Assembly (NCBI GenBank): GCA_016937195.1
Contig: JAFGWK010000014.1
Coordinates: 1 to 50,077, forward strand
From: Paracoccaceae bacterium
GTDB lineage: Bacteria; Pseudomonadota; Alphaproteobacteria; Rhodobacterales; Rhodobacteraceae
Direction: 5' to 3'
Length of the DNA stretch: 50,077 bases
The translations under genes and the position numbers were made by a program. Positions 9,856 to 19,026 of the stretch are shown here, piece after piece. A model generated the notes under the pieces. The model saw only the letters and a program-made list of their open reading frames with translations. It did not search any database and had not been told where the DNA came from. The first letter of the stretch is position 1, and the number at the start of each line of letters is the position of its first letter.

Positions 9856-10556
9856 TTGCCTTGCTCCTTGCGGCGAACATTCGATTGAGGGGTGATCCGT
9901 TCCCGGCGGGTGAGTTGGAGTTCATTTTGGGCGAGCAGATGCAGGAGTGCCCTGTAGCCAGGGGCGCCGAGCGCGATTTCGTTCACCAAGTCGCGCAGGC
10001 CGACGCTCCCCGTCAGCTGCGACACCACAAGCCGCGCTTGGGCGAGCGCCGCGGCATCGACGAGGCGCACGCCAGCGAAAACGCGTCCGTTGTGCAGATC
10101 GATGGGATCAATGTCTGCTTCGGTGATCAGCCGCACCTCGTCCGCGAAACTAAATTCGCGCACCCACCAAGCCACCTCGGCCATCTCACGCAGAAACACA
10201 CCGGATCTCAGCTTCGCAGTTGGTTTGACGGTTTCCGCGATGACGCGACCATCCACCATGGTCTTTAGGACATCAAAATAATGCCGTTGCTTCCGCTTGG
10301 GCCCGTAGAAGAACTCGGCCTGGACACGGAAGTCAGCAACCGCTGGGTCGGCGTTCAAGATCAGAAGGTTCTTGTATTCCGTATAGGATTCCCCTTCCAC
10401 AACCTGGCCGTGATCCCGTCCCAATACTGCGTTGACGACGCAGTGGCCCTTCGACCGGCTGGCGATGCTTCGGTTCGCTCGCGATGGCGCGGGCAGATGC
10501 AAACTGCCCCTGTTGTGTCCAGCCAAGGCGACAGACGTAGCGTAGAAATTAGACAT
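9852..10556 (-). CDS. TnsA-like endonuclease
   Basis: ESYTE...DFRVQ...HYFDVLKT..DGRVIAETVK resembles the TnsA PD-(D/E)XK N-terminal domain; overlaps the tnsB start (ATGA). Confidence 0.65.
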   Translation of the reverse strand: MSNFYATSVALAGHNRGSLHLPAPSRANRSIASRSKGHCVVNAVLGRDHGQVVEGESYTEYKNLLILNADPAVADFRVQAEFFYGPKRKQRHYFDVLKTMVDGRVIAETVKPTAKLRSGVFLREMAEVAWWVREFSFADEVRLITEADIDPIDLHNGRVFAGVRLVDAAALAQARLVVSQLTGSVGLRDLVNEIALGAPGYRALLHLLAQNELQLTRRERITPQSNVRRKEQGK

Positions 10557-11733
10557 AGGTCCTCCGTTCCCGGAAATCCGGGTGAATTCGTTTCGAATGG
10601 ACCGAGGAACGGAGTTGCGCTTGCCCGTATTCGGGTCTATGAACGCAAGTGAATGAGCGGCCGTTCTCGGTCGTTACCTATGGCGCGCCGTCTTCGGTGC
10701 GCCTTTTTCTTTTCATGGTGGATCTTTCATCGCGGCCCTCCTCGTTTCGGTTCGATGACATTTGGATTGCGTCAATTTGCTTTCCGGAAAAGCCTAAAGA
10801 CGCGGATTCACAAAATGGCCTTATTCTCGACCAATTATGAATGGCTCAAAAAATTGACGCTTATTCAGTATCTTATGCGAAAAAGCATAGTTACTCACGA
10901 GACGCACCCGTTGATCGTTTAAGTATACTTGAAACATGTCTTCTTCTTTCGATCTCGGAGGCGCTAAACAGGCCCTGTGCGAAAACCGTATTAAATACGG
11001 CAAGTCGATTTTGGCCTATCGACACGGAGTCAGTTCCAGCCCTCGCGTTGCGGAGTGTCAGGAACGGATTTCCAGCCGGCGCCGAATCAAGATGGCGCAG
11101 CCGGAAGACGGATTTTGCGGGATAACTTGGCTTCGAGGTCCATTGTTAGGACTCGGCAATCCGTTGATCGTATTCCACCAAAATGGCGGAGAAACTATTC
11201 TTGAGACATGCGCTCAAAAACAACGATCAAGGGAGAGCAGGACGAACCCAGCACGTCACGCTTAATCCAAGCGGATCAGCGTATCAGTCGCGATGCGACA
11301 AGGGGAATATGCAGGTTCATCAACATGGCGCCACAATAGCCAATCGGACGCTTAGGCGAAAGTCGCAAAATTCACCGACACCCCTGAACTGTAGCCTTGC
11401 CGCAACGATCGACAGAAAAGAAACGGCATGTTTCAAGTTTGAGATGCGAACCCCCTTCCTTACCCAATATATTGGTTAAGTAAGGAAGGGCCGCCGAGAA
11501 AGACGGCCTCCAAGCTCCCCTAAAACGCTGACATAAAATATTTGTGACCGGCGCGATTTGTCTCGATGGAGCGTGGGTTTGGCCTGAAATTTTCGCCCCA
11601 CGCGGTGTTCACCCGGGCGCTGCCGCTTCCCTCCCGCATGACCAGGTCTTCGATGTTCGTTCTCATATGCCCCATTGACCGGCAATGCCTGTTGGGCAAG
11701 ACTGGAACATATTAAGAACTTTTGGGGCGTCTC

Positions 11734-13158
11734 ATGCCAAAGAGCATTCTCATATTTTCCGACGGAACCGGACAGATCGGCGGGATGCGTCCTGATCAGC
11801 GTCTTTCAAACATCTACAAGATGTATCGCGCGATGCGCCCTGGCCCGTCTTCCCCGATCAGCCCTCTCGAACAGGTCTGTTTTTACGATCCGGGTCTAGG
11901 GGCCGGTGAAGTCGGCGGGATAACATTCAAACGTATCAGAAACATCCTCTCAGCTGCGGTCGGAACCGGGATCGATGAAAACGTGACCGATTGCTACGAA
12001 AAGATCATTTCTTATTATGAACCTGGCGACCGTATTCTTTTATTCGGTTTCTCTCGGGGCGCCTACACTGTCAGGGCCGTAGCTAACGTCATGAACCTTT
12101 GCGGCATTCCGACGAAAATGCCCGACGGTTCCCGTGTTCCACGCTTCGGGCCAAATCTTCGCAAGATCGCCAGCGACGCTGTGAACTACGTCTATAACCA
12201 CGGCAACGGATATCCTCGCGGGCAACAGCCCTACTTTGAAAGACGTGAGGAGCTCGGCCGGCGGTTTCGTCACAAATACGGGAGCTTTGTCCCGAACGCG
12301 GAGGAAGACGTTCAAGGGAATGTCCAGCCGACGTTCATCGGCGTCTTCGATACAGTCGCAGCACTTGGGAACGCAAAGGTCACCGCTGCAGCCGGTGCGG
12401 CTGCTTTAGCCCTTGCCACCGCCATCGTCTGGATGATCTGGGCCTCTGTGCATTGGACAATCTGGGGGGCTGCGGGGCTCGTTTTAGCCGCAATTCTCTA
12501 CTGGTATGGCAAACTCAAATGGTCTCAGTGGAAATACTTCTCGCCCGATGAAACCCGACCGCTCAAGATTTCGCGGATCAGAGACTGGCCAGAGATCTGG
12601 AAGTATGGACACTACGCCAAATGGAACCTGAAAAACTACGACAGGTGGCTCGACTCCGACGTGCAGCACGCCCGTCATGCGCTCTCGATCGACGAACACC
12701 GGAAGAACTTTCCCAGGGTTCAATGGGCGAGGCGGGAAGAGGTGAAGAAGACAGAGGGGCGGGAACCAATTTGGCTAAAGCAGGTCTGGTTTGCCGGATG
12801 CCACAGCGACGTCGGCGGGAGCTATCCTGAAGAGGAATCCCGCCTGAGCGACATATCACTTCAATGGATGCTCCACGAACTCCGCGAGTGCGTTCCGCAC
12901 ATCCAGATCAACGATGACAAGCTCTACCTAGCGCCGGATCCTCATGGGATGCAGCATGAAGAGACCTTCATGTTTGAACTCGGTCCGATCAAATTGCGTT
13001 GGCCAAAACATCCCCGCAAGGTCGACTCTGTGTTTCAACTACACCCGTCAGTGCTTGAGAGGCTGGAAGCCGAGGCGGTGTCGCATTTGGGAGAGATGGG
13101 CGCCTATCGGCCCGAGCAGTTGCGTGAACATCCCCAGGCGAAGGCATATTTCGAATAG
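11734..13158 (+). CDS. DUF2235 (Tle1-like) alpha/beta hydrolase with an inserted transmembrane hairpin
   Basis: LIFSDGTG, GFSRGA nucleophile elbow, GVFDTV, RHALSIDEHR, WFAGCHSDVGG; two hydrophobic helices mid-protein. Confidence 0.85.
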   Translation: MPKSILIFSDGTGQIGGMRPDQRLSNIYKMYRAMRPGPSSPISPLEQVCFYDPGLGAGEVGGITFKRIRNILSAAVGTGIDENVTDCYEKIISYYEPGDRILLFGFSRGAYTVRAVANVMNLCGIPTKMPDGSRVPRFGPNLRKIASDAVNYVYNHGNGYPRGQQPYFERREELGRRFRHKYGSFVPNAEEDVQGNVQPTFIGVFDTVAALGNAKVTAAAGAAALALATAIVWMIWASVHWTIWGAAGLVLAAILYWYGKLKWSQWKYFSPDETRPLKISRIRDWPEIWKYGHYAKWNLKNYDRWLDSDVQHARHALSIDEHRKNFPRVQWARREEVKKTEGREPIWLKQVWFAGCHSDVGGSYPEEESRLSDISLQWMLHELRECVPHIQINDDKLYLAPDPHGMQHEETFMFELGPIKLRWPKHPRKVDSVFQLHPSVLERLEAEAVSHLGEMGAYRPEQLREHPQAKAYFE

Positions 13159-13175
13159 GTGGAAAATGCCCGAAC

Positions 13176-13358
13176 CTAGTCCTCAAATTCTTCACGCTCT
13201 CGGTGCGCATTCAGCGGCGTCTGCTTGGATTGCTTATCGAATGCCTCTCTGGGGCTGCGCGAAAGATAATAGCGCCGCGCGTTGTCAGTCAGACCGTAGC
13301 GCTCAACGTAGTCGAGAAGCAGCTGTTCAAGCTCTTCGTAATCACAACTGGCATTCAT
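13176..13358 (-). CDS. Small hypothetical protein
   Basis: 60 aa ORF (LLLDYVERYGLTDNARRY) with an upstream GGAGG; convergent with the DUF2235 gene. Confidence 0.45.
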   Translation of the reverse strand: MNASCDYEELEQLLLDYVERYGLTDNARRYYLSRSPREAFDKQSKQTPLNAHREREEFED

Positions 13359-13470
13359 GGCCTCATGCCTCCGATCAAAATTCTTTTATGCGGAAAATGT
13401 TAAACAAACGTTAAATTTTTGAGGCACAATTGCTCTAATGATGTAACCCGCGCACCACATTTACCCTTCG

Positions 13471-13539
13471 TATGACCATTATTCTGAAGGAGGCTTTGGA
13501 GCCTTAGCGGATCGCTCGCCTCGGCCCAAGTCAGTCTGG
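13471..13539 (+). pseudogene. Short IS481-family transposase relic
   Basis: Translates YDHYSEGGFGALADRSPRPKSVW, resembling the IS481 N-terminal HTH linker. Confidence 0.45.
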
Positions 13540-13625
13540 AGCCCGTGGGCCGGCAGGCGATTGCGTCGCAATCTGCCGATAGGCACCACCCACAAGCCCG
13601 GCGCGATGATCTGATCGGGTTCGCG

Positions 13626-13685
13626 CTTGAGCGCATCGATTATGGTTCGGTCGCCGAGCTGCGCGCCACCGATCTTCTGCATTCG
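13626..13685 (-). pseudogene. Short dihydroxyacetone kinase (DhaL/DAK2) relic
   Basis: MQKIGGAQLGDRTIIDAL matches the DAK2 GxAxxGDxTxxDAL motif; only about 20 codons remain. Confidence 0.5.
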
Positions 13686-13724
13686 GCGCAGGGCGGGAAG
13701 TCTGGAACCACCCCCCGGGGATTG

Positions 13725-13751
13725 AAAAAGCCCTGCAAGAAGCAGGGCTTT
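13725..13751 (-). terminator. Rho-independent terminator downstream of the lipoprotein gene
   Basis: AAAGCCCTGC-N5-GCAGGGCTTT hairpin with A/T flanks. Confidence 0.7.
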
Positions 13752-13776
13752 CTATATCTCACATCCAAGAGAGAAA

Positions 13777-14121
13777 TCACATCGGGCAGTGTTTGCGTGC
13801 CATCTCTTGATCAATGGCATCAATCTTACCCTTGGTAACCGAAATAGCTGCCTCTTTGTCTCCACCCGACATGCTGGAAAGCGGTAGGCCTAGCAGGAAA
13901 ACACCCAACGCATCACCGCTGGCCGCACTCTTTTGCTCCGCTGAGAGGCTCGCAAGGTCTTGCGAGAGCTTCACCTTCGTCTGGCCGAGATAGCTGCAGC
14001 TTTGGCCAGCATACATGCTCGACTCCATAGGAATAGCTGCGATCTCGTCAGGCTGTTTTGCGCATGCACTAATTGCAATTGCCGCGACCGAGAGAATGCC
14101 AAGATTAATAATTGTCTTCAC
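13777..14121 (-). CDS. Small lipoprotein, hypothetical
   Basis: Signal peptide with lipobox ISA-C; additional cysteines and a hydrophobic DALGVFLLGLP segment. Confidence 0.7.
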   Translation of the reverse strand: MKTIINLGILSVAAIAISACAKQPDEIAAIPMESSMYAGQSCSYLGQTKVKLSQDLASLSAEQKSAASGDALGVFLLGLPLSSMSGGDKEAAISVTKGKIDAIDQEMARKHCPM

Positions 14122-14329
14122 GTCATTGTTCCTTGTTCGTTATCAATGTTGCCAGATGGCGAATTCATGCCCCGCAATTGTGTCACTAACTTGTTAAAGC
14201 CGTGGGCAAAATTGTGACATTTCATCGGTCGCAGCTTCACCATTTCTCTCACGCAGACAGTGCGCCTTGGCCTGTCAATGCTCGATAGGCGGCATCCGCA
14301 CGTTTAGTGACGGCCCTATCTCAAGGCGC

Positions 14330-14809
14330 ACCGCACGGCTTCGAGCCCGCGGTTGAAAAAGGGGGGCATGGCAGGCTGATTGGGCGGACGAAGGGTGGCA
14401 TGAACACCAAGTTGCATGCCGTCACAGATGCGAAGGGCCGCCCGATCAAGTTCTTCATGACAGCCGGCCAGGTCAGCGACTACACCGGTGCGGCGGCCCT
14501 GCTGAGCAGCCTGCCCGAGGCCGAATGGCTGTTGGCCGATCGGGGCTATGACGCCGACTGGTATCGTGAAGCCTTGCAGAACAAGGGCATCAAGCCCTGC
14601 ATCCCGGGCCGGAGGTCCCGAAGCAGGCCCGTCAAATACGACAAGCGCCGCTACAAGCGGCGCAACCGGATCGAGATCATGTTCGGCAGGCTCAAGGACT
14701 AGCGCCGCGTTGCGACCCGCTACGACAGGTGCCCGAAGGTCTTTCTGTCCGCCATAGCCCTCGCCGCAACTGTCATCTTCTGGCTTTGAAAATTAACGAG
14801 TCTGGAGCC
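14330..14809 (+). pseudogene. IS5-family transposase remnant (3' part with right end)
   Basis: IGRTKGGMNTKLH, LLADRGYD and YKRRNRIE.MFGRLKD; in-frame TAG at 14700-14702 interrupts the RRVATRYD tail; 5' part missing. Confidence 0.85.
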
Positions 14810-16160
14810 TACATAGCCACCGGCAAGAAACGCCCCAGTTCCCAAAATACTGGTGAAAGAATACTCTACCGAAAATGAATAATCTGAGCTCTGACCAGCG
14901 CCATCATTCTGCTCGCTCATTTTTAATTTTCACCTCTCTAATAAAGCTTATAAAAGCCCTTCTTGGCACAACCCCAAATATCAGCATCAAACTTAAAAAA
15001 AACATCATGTTGTAGTTCGTGTAAACAGAAACAACAGCCACCAATACAGAAAACAGCTCCTCAGATATAAATTGCACCTTCCAGTTCTTATATCGCATCT
15101 ATCTAACCCGGATAAAGCCAGAAACCAAAGAAACAGGATAGCCCATTATAATGCCCACGTTATTTAGGGTTGCAGCTCAGTCCCCGATTTTATGCGTTAG
15201 CGCGAACCACATCAGAGCCGCCTGACGTAAACTGAGATTGGGCCGAAGCCCCTATCACCTCACGATGTCTGCAATCTCCTCAACAACTAAAGTCATCCCC
15301 ACAAAAAATATGGCAAACGAGCACCATTCACATCAAGAGACCTATCGATTCAGACAGGTCGAAAATAAGATATCCAAGATGTAAGCTGCACTTGGCGGAT
15401 CGCGCAAGAATTCTCTTAACAAATTCGTGATCGCTGTTTCGGCGATGTCGGGCAACCCGTTGGATTTGCAAGAAATTCATGCCTCGAACTACCTCGTAGC
15501 GGCACGTGTCGCGCTGACGGCAAGTGCAGTTATGGTCGCGTAAGCCGGGCGGTATTGTCCGAACGTTCAATGCGAAGGCCCGCAAACGTCATGCGGCGCA
15601 ACACCCTGAAAAAATTTGACAAATTCGCTCACGTCTCCTCATTCGATCTGCAATTGCTTTCACTGGTTTCCCCGCTGGCCTCCGGAGCCTTCGCCTTAAG
15701 CTCACTTGCCTTCTCAAGCTGCGCATTGAGCCACCGGACCTCCTCCTCGGTCAGCGGTGTATTTGATCGTTTCCACGAGCGCCGCTCAATTCAAACGGTC
15801 GCCCATAGAGCGATGATCACCAAGACACTAAGCCCTTCGGCGACCAAGATCGCCATATCCAAATTCAGGTTCCCACAATCCGCCATTTCACCCTCCCCCG
15901 CTCACTGCAATGTCGGACGGCTATCGTGCGCCACGAGACCATCGATCAGCTTGATCACCGCGCGCAGATCCCACCCAAGCGAACAGTTCATCACGTCAGA
16001 CGAGCCGACAGCCCTCATTTTCTCAAGAAACGATCTTTATGGGCTGCTCAGCTCGCCCGGTCATGGACTACGTGAGACGCTTCTTTTGTTTCCTCAGTCT
16101 CCGGAGATACGCTTTCTGCGCATAACCGCCGCTCGCACACTATGCAGCATCTGTCAAAGA

Positions 16161-16294
16161 GGGCTCGTTCCAGACCTTCGCTGCGCCGCAGTGCCAAGCG
16201 CCTAGTCGACCCTCATGCGGCGTCGCTCTCGGCCCTGACCTGCCGTTCGATTTGTCATGCGACGCAGTGGTAACCCTCCTGAAAGCGGGCATTC
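16161..16294 (-). repeat. Cluster of degenerate intergenic repeat units (core AANGNCNGC/G)
   Basis: Reverse complements read GCAGCGAAGGTCTGGAACGAGCCC (16161-16184), GAACGGCAGGTCAGGGCCG (16230-16248) and GAATGCCCGCTTT (16282-16294); homologous units occur elsewhere (see findings). Confidence 0.6.
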
Positions 16295-16315
16295 ATGCAT
16301 TGTGCATCGTAACTC

Positions 16316-16930
16316 TCACTCCTCTGGCTTGGTGCCGTATCTCATTGGGCTGACCTGCTGTGGATGAAGCCCCAATACAACGTCGCCTTTAGATGGGGGT
16401 TCTTCCTCTGTCGATCGCCAACGCGTAAAATCCGGCTCAACCCAGACCTTAGACTTGCGGCGTTCTAACGCCACCCAGTCAGCTCTGTGGTAGAGCCTAA
16501 GCACAACACAGATAGTTGCATTTATCAGACGGAACCGTGGCGTGTGAGCGGGATAAGCGTCTCCTTCAGGCAAGGGGCTAGAAAAGCTGGAACAAAGACC
16601 TTTAATGGCCTCATCGCTAAACGAAAGACCGTGTCGCGCATGAGCAAAGCGATTGCGCACTTTCCTTATTAGCTCTGTCTCTGATTTCTCATAGTCATCG
16701 ACTAATCCAAGCGCATGACACAAATTCACACGTGCAGACATTGTGCCGATCGGTGCCGTAGCTCCATTCAACAACTTGTCATGCGCACTATTTTCGGTGA
16801 AGAAACCGCGCAAGGTATCTGAAAGCAATTCATCAATCAACGCTGCTGCCACCAATGGCAGACCGCGATCAGTCTCCTTTTTCAGTTCTTGTGTAAACGC
16901 AGCCAAGTCTTCTGCTGTCGATAATAGCAC
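16316..16930 (-). CDS. MtlR-family / HEPN-like protein
   Basis: ETDRGLPLVAAALIDELL...APIGTMSARVNLCHALGLV...IRKVRNRFAH (RxxxxH). Confidence 0.75.
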   Translation of the reverse strand: MLLSTAEDLAAFTQELKKETDRGLPLVAAALIDELLSDTLRGFFTENSAHDKLLNGATAPIGTMSARVNLCHALGLVDDYEKSETELIRKVRNRFAHARHGLSFSDEAIKGLCSSFSSPLPEGDAYPAHTPRFRLINATICVVLRLYHRADWVALERRKSKVWVEPDFTRWRSTEEEPPSKGDVVLGLHPQQVSPMRYGTKPEE

Positions 16931-17029
16931 TATTACGGCCTCTCTTCTAAAGCGTATGACCTGCTCCCCTTTGGGTCAGCATTCATAAGTTAGCTCTCGT
17001 AAGGTCTTGCGAGCGGACAGTCGGAAGGT

Positions 17030-17542
17030 TCAGCGTCGAACGTTCTCTAGCAACATGCCTTGGTTGTTTGGGTAGAAAAGGCCATAGCCCCCGCTCTGGG
17101 CAGCATCCACATTCCTATACAATCCCAAGTATTCATTCCCATGATTCCGGCCCGCGCTGTCGCGGGTCGGAATAATCACGATCTTGTCAATATCCTTCAC
17201 GCCGTCCGCGCAACCAATCTCCCACGGACACCACCGGCTCGAAGCCGAGTTCGCGGTTGCTAAATAAAGGAACCAATCAAAACGTTTGATCTTATCCTTG
17301 ATCTTCTGCGCCGTTTCACGATTGGGCTTTGATGGCATCGACATGTCTTCCCAGTCGATGTAAACGAGCCAGCCCTTGGACTGAAGAAACCCTTGAAGGC
17401 CTTTGGCCAATGCCGAATCCTTGTGGCTATGAGAGAGAAAGGCTGTTTGCTTTCCTGCCTGCCGTGCTTCCTCCACAATACGCTCTGACTTCCGAACCTC
17501 AGCGCGATTTGTATAAGCAAGAATAGAAGACTGATCGATCAT
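17030..17542 (-). CDS. TIR domain protein
   Basis: AFLSHSHKD, VYIDW and SRWCPWEIG with the catalytic Glu. Confidence 0.9.
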   Translation of the reverse strand: MIDQSSILAYTNRAEVRKSERIVEEARQAGKQTAFLSHSHKDSALAKGLQGFLQSKGWLVYIDWEDMSMPSKPNRETAQKIKDKIKRFDWFLYLATANSASSRWCPWEIGCADGVKDIDKIVIIPTRDSAGRNHGNEYLGLYRNVDAAQSGGYGLFYPNNQGMLLENVRR

Positions 17543-17544
17543 CG

Positions 17545-18183
17545 TTACCTCCCAACGTCAGATGCAGCTTGCCGCACCCAAGACGAAAAATTGGCACCGC
17601 CGTTCTGTGTCTTGTAGCAATACAACCCCGCATAGCGTGACAGCCTGATCACATTCGTGTCGTGCGGCTTGATCCATGTGGCAGGAAGATCCACCGCCTG
17701 CGTGTAGTCATCATACCTCACCCATTTTCCATTCTTGATTTCCGCTATGCGTATCACACCACCCGCGTTGTAAACGCCCATATAGTCGAGTGGATTAGGC
17801 CCCTCCTGGGATACATATCCCTGCTGATTTCCCATGAGATTGATCCTCACGGCCATCAGCCCGTTTCCTTTGACGACCGACCTAGCAAGCTCGTAACGAA
17901 CCCATCGGCGCTCATACGTTGCCGCGCCAACGAGAACGCAAGTCACGGAAGTGTTTTTGATCCCCTCGCGGATAAGGCTTTTGAGAGATTCCGGCCCTAT
18001 TCGCCGGGAGCTCTCCCAAATGCTGCCATCAAAGAAGCCTTCCGACTCGCGCGTGTTCTCGTGGTTGTATCGCCACGATTTGCGAACCTGGTTCACCTTC
18101 CAAATGTCGTTTTGGTAATGGAACGAGAAGAAGACCCGGCGCTTGAAAATTTGGGCGGGCATCGCCCCGAAAATACTAGCCAT
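17545..18183 (-). CDS. ThsB-like TIR protein (DUF1863/MTH538 type)
   Basis: RRVFFSFHYQND, IKNTSVTCVLVG and RRWVRYELARS with the catalytic Glu. Confidence 0.88.
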   Translation of the reverse strand: MASIFGAMPAQIFKRRVFFSFHYQNDIWKVNQVRKSWRYNHENTRESEGFFDGSIWESSRRIGPESLKSLIREGIKNTSVTCVLVGAATYERRWVRYELARSVVKGNGLMAVRINLMGNQQGYVSQEGPNPLDYMGVYNAGGVIRIAEIKNGKWVRYDDYTQAVDLPATWIKPHDTNVIRLSRYAGLYCYKTQNGGANFSSWVRQAASDVGR

Positions 18184-18618
18184 TTACACCCCACAAAAAA
18201 TCAACGAAGCGACCGCCCCTAATGATAGAAAAATCGCCACATAAAACCAGCTCACCGACCACGAAAGCGCCAGACGAAGCACTGAAGACGTATCCTTCAT
18301 GAACGGTGTGGCTTCGAGGCTATAGGCTTCGACCTCTTCCCCTTTTCGGACATGCTCGTAGAGCTTCCGATAGGCTCGCTCGAGGCGCAAATATTGTGCA
18401 TCCATGAGCCAGAAAATGATCATCGGCACTATGGCAGCAACCGAATAATATGGCGAAGGTGTTTCCACGGTGGCCATGACGGCAACTGCCGCGCTCCCAA
18501 ACGTCGCAGCAAGAGCTTTGAGAGTAAATGAGTTTGCCCCCATCCTTGTAATGACTCCTTGCAGCATCGTCAGATGCGCAATTCGAATACTCTCATCTTG
18601 GACTTGAGTATCGCCCAT
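18184..18618 (-). CDS. Small multi-pass membrane protein, first gene of the TIR operon
   Basis: HLTMLQGVITRMGANSF..K, FWLMDAQYLRLERAYR.LY; about three hydrophobic segments; stop abuts the TIR start. Confidence 0.75.
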   Translation of the reverse strand: MGDTQVQDESIRIAHLTMLQGVITRMGANSFTLKALAATFGSAAVAVMATVETPSPYYSVAAIVPMIIFWLMDAQYLRLERAYRKLYEHVRKGEEVEAYSLEATPFMKDTSSVLRLALSWSVSWFYVAIFLSLGAVASLIFCGV

Positions 18619-18789
18619 GCAATTGCCTCGTTTTCTGTGTGCGTTTTCAATCTCAGCGTGAAATCAACTCCAATGTATCTAAGCAACCTGGGAAATCCAG
18701 CGAAAGTCACTAGCGATGACGTCTGCTTTGCTTCAAAAACACGATTTGATCTCGCACCTGCAGCGAACGGCCGCTTCTCTAATTGGGTG

Positions 18790-19026
18790 TCTGGGTCAAG
18801 CTCGTTTTCCTTCTTATGAATGATGAGGGATCGTATATCCGGGTCACGCTTCTCTTCGCAGTCTGGTTTGGCGTTCGAAGGGCGCAGCTGCATGTATGTG
18901 TCGGATTGGTAGTGGAGAGCCCCGCTTTCCGGCGCGCTTCAAGTTGCGCAGCAGACATTTTCGGCTTCATCCACAAACCTCGTCCGGATGGACGATCCCG
19001 TTCAGGTTAGGTGGTGGGCTATTGGG
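18790..19026 (-). ncRNA. Putative seekRNA/bridge RNA region of the IS1111 element
   Basis: Position downstream of tnp as known for the IS1111 group; contains short matches to the junction and target sequences. Boundaries are inferred. Confidence 0.5.

Larger units (their letters stand above)
4604..10556 (-). mobile_element. Tn7-like transposition module (tnsA-tnsB-tnsC-tniQ); ends not defined
   Basis: Four co-oriented, tightly spaced genes in canonical order; no cas genes or tnsE seen. Confidence 0.8.

Noticed and set aside
10557-11730. Possible CRISPR array or guide locus upstream of tnsA (CAST hypothesis)
   Set aside because: No regularly spaced direct repeats and no cas genes seen in the window.
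13690-13751. Possible tRNA 3' end/att site before a hairpin
   Set aside because: No TTCGA T-loop or cloverleaf; better explained as a repeat unit plus terminator.
14810-16110. Short AT-rich ORFs and a 216-aa plus-strand ORF
   Set aside because: Fragmentary with no recognisable motif; probably decayed cargo and not callable.
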